Shown here: positions 51,347-59,871 of the stretch, piece after piece
Layout of the letters: every line of letters begins with the position of its first letter
Numbering within the stretch: the first letter of the stretch is position 1
From: Candidatus Saccharimonadota bacterium
GTDB taxonomy: Bacteria; Patescibacteriota; Saccharimonadia; CAILAD01; BJGX01
Direction: 5' to 3'
Length of the DNA stretch: 64,000 nucleotides
NCBI GenBank assembly: GCA_014191035.1
Contig: BJGX01000002.1
Coordinates: 18,813 to 82,812 of the forward strand
Notes under the pieces: generated by a model
The model's database searches: none
What the model was told of the DNA's origin: nothing
The model's input: only the letters and a program-made list of their open reading frames with translations
Translations under genes and position numbers: made by a program

Positions 51347-51985
51347 ATGAAAGAACAAGTATCAAAGTTGAAGCTAGAGAGATATTCTAAAAATCGCGTT
51401 GAAAACTTAAGTGATGGAGTCTTTGGCTTCGCCATGACATTATTAGTGCTTAATATTGTAATCCCTGAAAGCAGTATAATTTCCAGCAATTCTCAGCTAT
51501 GGCAAGCAATTTCGGGCCAAGGAAGAGCTTTTCTGAGTTTTGCTATTGCGTTTTTTATACTGGCTTCTATGTGGAGCCTGCATGTCAGGCAATTTGAAAA
51601 CCTTCAAGAAATTGATAGGCGATTTGTATTTATAAATTCAATTAGGCTTTTTATGGCAATTCTTATTGCATTTAGTACTGGCATTGCTAGCAGTTACGAA
51701 AAGCTCGAGCTGGCTAGGATGATATTACCAATTAATCTTTTGTTGCTTGCGATTATCGGCACAATACAATGGCATTATGCTGCTTATAGTAAGCCACCTC
51801 TTTTAGAAGGAATTACCAGTGAAGAAAAAAACATGCACAAAATCAGAGCAATCATATTTATTATATTCTCACTATTCACCGTTGTGGCTTCATATTTTGT
51901 CGGAGAAATAGCTTTTGCCATATTTATACTTATGCCAATTATAGTAAGGTTAACTGGCGTTAAAAAGACAAAGTCCTCGGTTTAG
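51347..51985 (+). CDS. TMEM175-family potassium channel
   Basis: RVENLSDGVFGFAMTLLV, W..H motif, 6 TM. Confidence 0.88.
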   Translation: MKEQVSKLKLERYSKNRVENLSDGVFGFAMTLLVLNIVIPESSIISSNSQLWQAISGQGRAFLSFAIAFFILASMWSLHVRQFENLQEIDRRFVFINSIRLFMAILIAFSTGIASSYEKLELARMILPINLLLLAIIGTIQWHYAAYSKPPLLEGITSEEKNMHKIRAIIFIIFSLFTVVASYFVGEIAFAIFILMPIIVRLTGVKKTKSSV

Positions 51986-52000
51986 AATATAATTATCTAC

Positions 52001-52723
52001 ATGAAACCATACGCAGTATTTGACCTCGACGGCACTCTCATTCGCTGGCAATTATTTCATGTAATTGTCGATAGACTAGGCAAGATCGGCAAAATAGATA
52101 AGCAGATCTATCAAGATATTTTAGATTCACGTATGGCCTGGAAAAGACGCGAGCAGTCTGATGGCTTTGATAGGTATCAAATTAAACTCATTGATGCCTA
52201 TAATTCGGTAGTTACAAATCTTTCTCAAAAAGAGCTAGAGGAATTAGCCAACAGGGCATTCGAAGAACATAAAGACCAAAGCTATGTGTTTACTCGAAAT
52301 TTAATGAAGGATTTGAAAGCAAAAGGCTATATGCTGTTTGCCATTTCTGGATCGTTCACTGAAGTTGTGCAACTTATTGCCAAGCACTATGGCTTTGATG
52401 ACTCGGCCGGCACTATGCATGCCAAAAAAAGTGGTAAGTTCACTGGCGAAATAGATGTAGTGCAGTATGAGCGAAAAGTGGATATGCTAAACGATCTTAA
52501 AAAGAAATACGATCTTACTGATGAAGATAGCTATGCGGTCGGGGATTCAATGGGCGACTATGCTATACTTAAGCACGTTCAAAATCCCATAGTATTCAAC
52601 CCCGCGCGAGAGCTGTTTGAAAAAGCAAAAGAACATGGCTGGCGAATTGTAGTAGAACGTAAAAATGTAATATATGAACTTAGCAAAAAAGACGATAACT
52701 ACATCCTAAACTCTGGGGTATAA
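52001..52723 (+). CDS. HAD-IB family hydrolase
   Basis: FDLDGT, ISGS, K, GDS.GD, NP. Confidence 0.92.
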   Translation: MKPYAVFDLDGTLIRWQLFHVIVDRLGKIGKIDKQIYQDILDSRMAWKRREQSDGFDRYQIKLIDAYNSVVTNLSQKELEELANRAFEEHKDQSYVFTRNLMKDLKAKGYMLFAISGSFTEVVQLIAKHYGFDDSAGTMHAKKSGKFTGEIDVVQYERKVDMLNDLKKKYDLTDEDSYAVGDSMGDYAILKHVQNPIVFNPARELFEKAKEHGWRIVVERKNVIYELSKKDDNYILNSGV

Positions 52724-52730
52724 TATACAA

Positions 52731-54269
52731 ATGAATAAAAAACTAGTCCTTTCCAAATCCGAATATATGATGTATCTAAAGCACCCAGCCTACTTATGGA
52801 TTAAAAAGCACGATAAAAACAAGATTCCGCCAGTAAGTGCAGATTTACAGGCCATGTTTGATGCCGGAAATGAATTTGAACAATATGCCGAATCGCTTTT
52901 TCCCGATGGTGTAAGGGTGGGCTTTAATGACTATAACGAATATTTAAATATGCCTGCACGCACCCAAGAAGAGCTCGATAAAGGCACCAAAACTATTTTC
53001 CAGGGCCGATTCGAACATGAACAAACGACCTTTATTTGTGATGTTGTTCGCGTCATTGGTAAGAATGAAGTTGATTTGTACGAAATTAAGTCAAGCACCG
53101 GCGTGAAGCTGGAGCATATCTTGGATCTTGCTTACCAAACTACAGTTTTAGAAAATTGCGGCTATAGTGTTAATGATATTTATGTGGTGCATGTAGACAA
53201 TAGCTATGTACGAGCAGGCGAGATAGATCCAAAGCAAATTACTACCACCACCAACGTAACCGAAGATGTCAAAAAGGAGCTTGGCAGGACAAAACGAAAT
53301 ATCTTAGATGCAATTGCAGTTATGGAGCAGTCTGATATGCCAGATCCATCACCGGCCCGTTGTAAGCTAAATAGTCTTAAGGAATGGCTTGAAGTTTATA
53401 AAAACATTAAACCAATAGAAGAGGGTAGTATATATGAACTTTGCAGACTTAACGCTGATACCGTGCGTTTATTAGAGGAAGAAGGGGTTAGTAAGCTCAA
53501 AGATATTCCATTAAGCCTAATTGATAATGAAAAACAACGTTGGCAGCTAGAGGCACTAGAAAACGGTGAGCCAATTTACAATAAAGATAAAATCAAAAAG
53601 TTTTTAAGTAAGCTACATTACCCATTATACTTTTTTGACTATGAAACACTAAGCAGTTGCGTTCCATATTTTGATGGAACCAAGCCATATCAACAGATAC
53701 CGTTTCAGTATTCATTGCATGTTATAGAATCGCCTGGTGGCGAATTGAAGCATATGGGGTACTTGCAGGCCGACAACACAAACCCAGCCGAAGCTCTTAG
53801 TAAAACCCTTAAAGATCAAATCGGCACAACTGGAAGCATAATTGCCTGGAATATGAGCTTTGAAAAAATGTGCAATACCGCACTAGGCACTATGGCTCCA
53901 GAATACAAAGATTTTTATGAAGATCTTAATACTCGTATGGCTGATTTAATGATTCCTTTTAGTAAAGGTTATTATATAGATTCCAGTTTTCTCGGTAGTG
54001 CTAGTATCAAAAATGTCTTACCAGTATTGGTGCCAGAGCTAAGCTACAAAGATCTTGGTATTCAAGAGGGTGGAAGTGCCCAGCGAAGCTGGATGGACGC
54101 GGTTTTATACGAAAAGCGATCTGATAAAGATCAGGTACTTAAAGATCTCGAAGAATACTGCAAACTTGATACTTTAGCAATGGTAGAAATATTTAACTTT
54201 CTAACCAAGCTTGTGGCAGGCGAAGGCGGAAGTGTAGCTAAAGCCGAGCAACTAGGTTTGGGTATATAA
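52731..54269 (+). CDS. DUF2779-like protein (PD-(D/E)xK N-terminal plus RNase H-like C-terminal)
   Basis: LSKS, D...EIKSST..DLAYQ, FFDYET, PFQYSLH, SIKNVLP, YCKLDT. Confidence 0.82.
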   Translation: MNKKLVLSKSEYMMYLKHPAYLWIKKHDKNKIPPVSADLQAMFDAGNEFEQYAESLFPDGVRVGFNDYNEYLNMPARTQEELDKGTKTIFQGRFEHEQTTFICDVVRVIGKNEVDLYEIKSSTGVKLEHILDLAYQTTVLENCGYSVNDIYVVHVDNSYVRAGEIDPKQITTTTNVTEDVKKELGRTKRNILDAIAVMEQSDMPDPSPARCKLNSLKEWLEVYKNIKPIEEGSIYELCRLNADTVRLLEEEGVSKLKDIPLSLIDNEKQRWQLEALENGEPIYNKDKIKKFLSKLHYPLYFFDYETLSSCVPYFDGTKPYQQIPFQYSLHVIESPGGELKHMGYLQADNTNPAEALSKTLKDQIGTTGSIIAWNMSFEKMCNTALGTMAPEYKDFYEDLNTRMADLMIPFSKGYYIDSSFLGSASIKNVLPVLVPELSYKDLGIQEGGSAQRSWMDAVLYEKRSDKDQVLKDLEEYCKLDTLAMVEIFNFLTKLVAGEGGSVAKAEQLGLGI

Positions 54270-54292
54270 AAAACCACTTCATTACGAAGTGG

Positions 54293-54496
54293 TCAGTTTT
54301 TACCATACGTTTCTTCTATGTGCTTTCTGCCTTTTCGGATAAGGTAGTCAGAAAGTATACTATAAAAGAAATAAAGAGCACCGATTATTGGTATGAATGA
54401 AAGAACTGGCAATACGTACAACAAAATTGCTGAGAAAAACAAGCAAATTACAAAAGCAATTGCAAAGCCTGTGGAGTCAGGTTGCTTTTTAGCCAT
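54293..54496 (-). CDS. Small 2-TM membrane protein
   Basis: ATG 1 nt after the upstream stop; hydrophobic. Confidence 0.6.
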   Translation of the reverse strand: MAKKQPDSTGFAIAFVICLFFSAILLYVLPVLSFIPIIGALYFFYSILSDYLIRKGRKHIEETYGKN

Positions 54497-54497
54497 T

Positions 54498-54764
54498 TCA
54501 CTTACCCCCTGGGTGGTCCTCAATTTTGCAATTTTTAACAATGAATGTCCCAACGGCATATAATTCAAAACATTGATATTCTCCAGCTAAAAAGTCTTTG
54601 TAGTGCATCTCGTAGTCAAAAAAGTGGCTTACATCAATTGCTGTAACACTTTTCTTTGTTTCTAAAATTACTATCAAGCTTTGATCGGGAAGTACCCTTG
54701 GTGCGTGTCTTGGAGGATTCGGAATGTACCTACCAAGATTTTGTATCAAGCTTGGCTTATACAT
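54498..54764 (-). CDS. Hypothetical protein (paralog of 48563-48910)
   Basis: AAGGAGG SD before ATG 54764; TTGAAA-17-GACAAT at 54796-54824. Confidence 0.7.
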   Translation of the reverse strand: MYKPSLIQNLGRYIPNPPRHAPRVLPDQSLIVILETKKSVTAIDVSHFFDYEMHYKDFLAGEYQCFELYAVGTFIVKNCKIEDHPGGK

Positions 54765-54824
54765 CCGACCTCCTTTTAAGGTGCGCCGTGGCGATATTGT
54801 CCCACTTTTTAAGTTGTTTTTCAA

Positions 54825-56447
54825 TTATTCTTGTTCTTGCAGTTTTAGATCGGAAGCTTTCTGAACCTTTGTATCGGGCAAGTTTCGAGACATAAATAGT
54901 GAAATTATCGATAGAAATATCAATAGCACCATTGCTTGCTTTAGCCCCGCTAACTGCGATTCGGTGTAAAGCTCAACAATATTTTGAGTCTGCTGAGGAG
55001 AATAGCCACGATCCTGAACGGCCTTTTCAACTTCAGAGGTAGATAGTACGGGTATTCCTTTATTGGCTTGTTCTGATACGGCCTGCTTTATGTTGTCTGG
55101 AATCTGCGAATCAGCCGAAACCTTAGCGCTAAAACCACTCGAGAGCGTCATGATTAGCACCGAACCAATAATTGCTGTACCAAGCGAAGACCCTATATTC
55201 TGGGCAGTCCCTTGCATACCACCAACTTCACTTGAATGCCGCTTATCTACAGCGTTCATATTAATATTACCTAGCTGTGAGGCTAAGAGTCCAAGGCCTG
55301 CGCCGAGCAGGAACATGCCTATAAATAGCGGGGCTCCGGTTAGCTCTGGATCGATAGTTGTAGTAATAATTATCACTCCAGCAATTAGCATTAGCTGGCC
55401 AATTTTTACAATCTTTTTAGGGCTCAAATACTGGCTCGTTTTGGAGCCAAACATCGAAAAGAGTATTAATGAGACTGAAAGTGGAAGTATGCGAAGGCCA
55501 GTTTCTAGCGCATTTAGGCCAATGACCATTTGCAGATAAATTGGCAGAACAAAGAACACCGCACCAACTATTAGGTATTGAGACATAAGCACACCAAGGC
55601 CACTGCGAAGTTGAGGGATTTTTAAAACCCTCGCATCTAATAGTGGAGTTTTGCCTGCTTGTATTAAGTTCTTTTGATGATTCAAAAACCACACAATAAG
55701 AACTAAGCCTGCAAAAATCATATAGGCAACTATCGATATTCCGAATGGCGCTAATTCATAGCCAAAAATGGTTGGAATAGTCATGGGCTTAACCCAACCC
55801 CAAACCTTACTTTGTAGTATTCCAAATATCAAAAGTGCCATTCCGCCAGCTGACAAAAGGACGCTTGGAATATCAAGTTTAGTTTTAGTAGTTTTTGGAG
55901 ATTCTGGCACCAATTTATGTAGTAGTAGTATCCCAACAACAATTACCGTTTCAAATGCAAATACAAAGCGCCAGCTCAAGTAGGTAGTAACGAAGCCTCC
56001 AATCAAAGGCCCTGCAGCAGCGGCAGCACCAGCCACGGCACCTGTAATTGCATAGGCAGTTAGCCTATCTCGGCCTTCGTAGCGAGAAGCAATTAAGGCT
56101 GCAATTGCAGGAATCACCAAAATAGCACCCAAGCCTTCTACTAAAGACCAGCCAAACATCAATGTTTGAATGTTCGGGCTTAGTGCGGTAATTAGTGATC
56201 CAATTCCATAAACACCAAGGCCAATCAAAAAGGCTTTTTTACGGCCCCAAATATCTCCTAGTTTTCCGCCCGTTAACATAAATGCAGCCATAGTTAGGGT
56301 AAAGAATGTAATTGCTGCTTGCATGGCAGCCACACTTGTCCCTAAATCTTTCACTACGGTAGATATCGACACATTCATTACGGTGCTATCTAAAACCATC
56401 ACGAACTGCGCGAGCGCAAGTAAAATTATTGCAGACCACTTCTTCAT
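54825..56447 (-). CDS. MFS transporter (DHA2/EmrB-like)
   Basis: LDSTVMNVS, GKLGDIWGRK, GPLIGG; about 14 TM. Confidence 0.92.
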   Translation of the reverse strand: MKKWSAIILLALAQFVMVLDSTVMNVSISTVVKDLGTSVAAMQAAITFFTLTMAAFMLTGGKLGDIWGRKKAFLIGLGVYGIGSLITALSPNIQTLMFGWSLVEGLGAILVIPAIAALIASRYEGRDRLTAYAITGAVAGAAAAAGPLIGGFVTTYLSWRFVFAFETVIVVGILLLHKLVPESPKTTKTKLDIPSVLLSAGGMALLIFGILQSKVWGWVKPMTIPTIFGYELAPFGISIVAYMIFAGLVLIVWFLNHQKNLIQAGKTPLLDARVLKIPQLRSGLGVLMSQYLIVGAVFFVLPIYLQMVIGLNALETGLRILPLSVSLILFSMFGSKTSQYLSPKKIVKIGQLMLIAGVIIITTTIDPELTGAPLFIGMFLLGAGLGLLASQLGNINMNAVDKRHSSEVGGMQGTAQNIGSSLGTAIIGSVLIMTLSSGFSAKVSADSQIPDNIKQAVSEQANKGIPVLSTSEVEKAVQDRGYSPQQTQNIVELYTESQLAGLKQAMVLLIFLSIISLFMSRNLPDTKVQKASDLKLQEQE

Positions 56448-56473
56448 AATTTAATTATAAATCAATGCCTAAA

Positions 56474-57718
56474 TTATTGGTACTGAACTTTATATATAAG
56501 GTTTTGCTTATCATCACTTATATACATGTTGCCTGCAGGGTCAAAGCCAACACCAACCGGACGTCCCCAGGCGCCACTGCCATCTAGCCAGCCAGTAATA
56601 AAATTATATTCTTTCATTGGGTTAGATTTGGTATCTACCCAAATCACTTTATAGCCAGTCGGAACGGTTCGGTTCCAGGATCCGTGCATCGCACCAAAAA
56701 ATCCGTTTTCAAATACATTTGGCCAGGTCTGTTTGGCAGCCTCGTTTTCAAATGTAATCCCAAGAGGGGCGTAGTGAGCCTGAAGGCCAAGTACAGGGCC
56801 AGCAGTTTGGGCTTTACAATATTCAGCCTTATCTTTGTATTCAGGGTTATTTATTTTATCGCCATAACAGTAAGGCCAGCCATAATTTTTACCTTGCTCA
56901 ATAATATTTACTTCCTCTGGTGGGATATCATCGCCAATTTGGTCTCGCCCCATGTCTAAGCCCCAAAGTTTGCCTTCGTTAAATGTAAAGCCCACGGTGT
57001 TACGAAGCCCGCTAGCATAAATTTCTCCGCCAGTTCCATCGAGATTATAGCGCATTATTGTTGCTCTGCGATTGTCATTTTCAATACAGACATTACATGA
57101 TGATCCGATAGATACATACATTTTATTATCGGGCCCAATTACGACTGTACGGGTAGTGTGGCCGCCGCCCGTGAGCTTACTTCCGCCAGGCAAATTATCA
57201 ACCAAAACTTCTTTTTTAGAATATGTTCCATTGCTTTTAATGCCGCGATACACACTGACTCTTGTCTGTTCGGCTAGGTATAAATCGCCATTATAATAAT
57301 AAACCGAGTGTGGTGTGTTAAGTTTGCTCTCTATTACAACCGGCGTGCCGGCTGTGCCATTATTGTCTGGAATAGCGTATATACTATCGCCGGTGTTACT
57401 ACCAACAAACATCGTGCCATCGGGTGCAAATGTAAAGAATCTCGCGCCCTTAATGTTTGTGGCATAAATACTTATTTTAAAGCCCGCTGGGGCATATAAT
57501 GTTTTACCACCGACACTTTGGGCAACCAAATTAAATGGCGCTTCAAGTTGGTTTTGATTGTTCTCATTAACTTGCTGTTGGCTCAATTTGCCACTCAAAA
57601 ATGCCGTATTATTAATTACCCAATAAATCACATATCCAATTGCAGATAGCAAAATTATTGCTATAACTAACAGCGCAACATTTCTTTTATTGTGATTTTT
57701 GCTTTTGGATTTAGCCAT
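56474..57718 (-). CDS. PQQ-dependent glucose/sorbosone dehydrogenase family protein
   Basis: GH.TR, GSSCN, GLRN.VG, NYGWPYC, HGSWNR, GRPV. Confidence 0.9.
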   Translation of the reverse strand: MAKSKSKNHNKRNVALLVIAIILLSAIGYVIYWVINNTAFLSGKLSQQQVNENNQNQLEAPFNLVAQSVGGKTLYAPAGFKISIYATNIKGARFFTFAPDGTMFVGSNTGDSIYAIPDNNGTAGTPVVIESKLNTPHSVYYYNGDLYLAEQTRVSVYRGIKSNGTYSKKEVLVDNLPGGSKLTGGGHTTRTVVIGPDNKMYVSIGSSCNVCIENDNRRATIMRYNLDGTGGEIYASGLRNTVGFTFNEGKLWGLDMGRDQIGDDIPPEEVNIIEQGKNYGWPYCYGDKINNPEYKDKAEYCKAQTAGPVLGLQAHYAPLGITFENEAAKQTWPNVFENGFFGAMHGSWNRTVPTGYKVIWVDTKSNPMKEYNFITGWLDGSGAWGRPVGVGFDPAGNMYISDDKQNLIYKVQYQ

Positions 57719-57766
57719 AAGTTTATTATAACATCTCAAATAAAGCCCAAGCATGAAAAATCATGT

Positions 57767-57801
57767 AAAGAAAAAGCCACACTACGTCGTTGTAGTGTGG
57801 C
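57767..57801 (-). terminator. Intrinsic terminator
   Basis: GCCACACTAC/GTAGTGTGGC stem with U tract on minus strand. Confidence 0.85.
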
Positions 57802-57821
57802 CAGGGCCGAAGCAAATCGGC

Positions 57822-58121
57822 TCAGTTCTGGTAAGAATGAGACTGAGAGAGGACGTCGCAGGAGTCCTGCAGTCTCTCAATCTGATACTTCATGTCTCTG
57901 TACAGGTAGACAACGCCACTGATGCAGCCAATCAGCATGGACACCAATGGGGCAGTATCCCAGAAGCTGACTTTTGTGTTGTCGGAGACCAGTTCGAGTG
58001 CGATTAGCACCATGAAGACGAACGAGATCATCCCCAGGGCCAGTACAGTCGAGAAGGCGTAGACAGCGAAAGACCGAGAAATGACGGACTTCCTGTCCCA
58101 GCCGAAGTACTTGTAGAGCAT
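57822..58121 (-). CDS. GC-rich hypothetical 2-TM protein
   Basis: GGAGG SD before ATG 58121; own promoter and terminator. Confidence 0.72.
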   Translation of the reverse strand: MLYKYFGWDRKSVISRSFAVYAFSTVLALGMISFVFMVLIALELVSDNTKVSFWDTAPLVSMLIGCISGVVYLYRDMKYQIERLQDSCDVLSQSHSYQN

Positions 58122-58166
58122 GTGGCACCTCCAGTACCAGCGCAACCAACCTGGTTACGGATTGAA

Positions 58167-58195
58167 ATTATACTACATATGGTTACTTTTGTCAA
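58167..58195 (-). promoter_or_regulatory. Consensus sigma70 promoter
   Basis: TTGACA-17 bp-TATAAT on minus strand. Confidence 0.85.
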
Positions 58196-58225
58196 TGCTA
58201 AATATGTTTTTGTTATAATATAATC

Positions 58226-58852
58226 ATGAAAATTATCGTCTTTGGTGCTAGTGGCAAAACCGGTCTAGAAGTATGCAAGCTGGCCTCAAAAAAGGGCTAC
58301 GATGTAATTGGGTTTGATATTCATAAAAACGACCAGCTAGTGGGGCTTAATAATTTTAAATTCATCAAGGGCAGTGTATTAAATGCCGATGAGGTCGATC
58401 AGGCAATGAGCGGGGTAGATGCAGTCGTCTCCGAGCTTGGGGTTAAAATCGGCAGCAAATTACCGCTACTTTCTGAGGGTAACAAAAACATAATCTCGGC
58501 AATGCACAAGCATAAAATAAAGCGGCTCATAACCCAATCAGCCTTTGGTGCGCTCGAATCTTATAAAAAGCTACCATTTTATTACAAAATAATTCACAAA
58601 CTCTTGCTTGGGCCAATGTCCAAAGACAAAAACATCATGGAGCGCGAGGTGCAAAAATCTGATATCAACTTCACAATTATCCGCCCAGTTAGACTCACCA
58701 ATGGTCCAGCCAAAGGCAAGTTCAGAACAGGGGATACCAATCTCAAACTCGGCCTTAACCCTAGAGTCTCCAGAAAAGACGTTGCCATATTTATTATGGA
58801 TGAGCTAGAAAATAACAATTTTATTAAAAAAGCCGTTACAATTACTTATTAA
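58226..58852 (+). CDS. NAD(P)H-binding atypical SDR (flavin/biliverdin reductase B-like)
   Basis: FGASGKTG, TIIRP.RL, SR.DVA. Confidence 0.88.
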   Translation: MKIIVFGASGKTGLEVCKLASKKGYDVIGFDIHKNDQLVGLNNFKFIKGSVLNADEVDQAMSGVDAVVSELGVKIGSKLPLLSEGNKNIISAMHKHKIKRLITQSAFGALESYKKLPFYYKIIHKLLLGPMSKDKNIMEREVQKSDINFTIIRPVRLTNGPAKGKFRTGDTNLKLGLNPRVSRKDVAIFIMDELENNNFIKKAVTITY

Positions 58853-58853
58853 T

Positions 58854-59183
58854 ATGGAGGATTACCAAAAAGGCAGCATAGTATTCGACCGTGCGGTAGA
58901 TATTGTCCGCAAGTGGGATGAAGTTAATAAAAGTCATGTCAGCCCTATAGGCTTAATGTTTGTTATGCGTATTGGCTATGCAATGGCACAAAACATTATG
59001 GATCAGCTTCGCGAAAACCACATTGTGCGTATGGAATTTATTAAGCATGACGATGGCGAGGAAGGAATCAAATACCATATTATTACCAAGGCTGAGTTAG
59101 CCAAAAAGTTCCCGGACGAGGAGTGGTACGAGCCAAAACACGAAAGTGGGTTTGATTATGATTTGGCAAAGGAGTCTTTATGA
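58854..59183 (+). CDS. Stand-alone FtsK-gamma-like winged-helix protein
   Basis: FDRAVDIV...S...L...MRIGY..A..IMDQL....IV matches the FtsK gamma pattern. Confidence 0.65.
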   Translation: MEDYQKGSIVFDRAVDIVRKWDEVNKSHVSPIGLMFVMRIGYAMAQNIMDQLRENHIVRMEFIKHDDGEEGIKYHIITKAELAKKFPDEEWYEPKHESGFDYDLAKESL

Positions 59184-59821
59184 AATCAGTAAATATAAAT
59201 TTAGGCAAAATAAAAAATGCTCAAAAAGATCTAAATATCGGAATTGGCGACCTATCTTACTGTTTAGTCATTGGCGGCTGGGCATCAGGCAAATCTTTTT
59301 GGCTGGACAACATTTATAATCAACTTAAAGAACAAATGAGCCCAGAAGAATTGGGCTTTGTGTTACTAAATGTGTCGGGTGGCGCTGAAGAAATAAACAA
59401 TGAGTATATTATCGAAGAACACATTAGCAACGAATGCTTAGGCCCGCTTGCCGAGTACGCCGAGCTTGCTAGGCAGCGTTCGAATGGCGACGAAGCTAAA
59501 GACAGGCACATCATCGTTCATATCGAGGGAAATGATCTGGCTTTAACAAATGAACGAAGCAAATATTTTAATTCGATTACACTACTTGCAAGCAATGCAA
59601 AGAATGCAAATATGTCATTAATAATCGTCGACAACCGAGCAAACGAACAGCAAACACCACCCGAAATTACCAAATTATGCAGGCTAATTGCATTATTTAG
59701 TAGCAACAATTATTTACCAAATGCCAAGTATATAGGGGCAGCTAAATCAAAGTTGGATAAATTCGAAAAGCAAATTATTTTGAATAATGAGACTTATATT
59801 TTAGAAAGGCTCAAAACCTAG
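59180..59821 (+). CDS. Degenerate FtsK/SpoIIIE-like P-loop domain protein
   Basis: LGK, CLVIGGWASGKS, SPEEL.FVLL, HIIVHIE, LA..AK...MSLII..NR. Confidence 0.65.
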   Translation: MKSVNINLGKIKNAQKDLNIGIGDLSYCLVIGGWASGKSFWLDNIYNQLKEQMSPEELGFVLLNVSGGAEEINNEYIIEEHISNECLGPLAEYAELARQRSNGDEAKDRHIIVHIEGNDLALTNERSKYFNSITLLASNAKNANMSLIIVDNRANEQQTPPEITKLCRLIALFSSNNYLPNAKYIGAAKSKLDKFEKQIILNNETYILERLKT

Positions 59822-59871
59822 CGCCAACAGATATAAAATGCTATGATTATTTTTAAATTAATGAGGTTATA

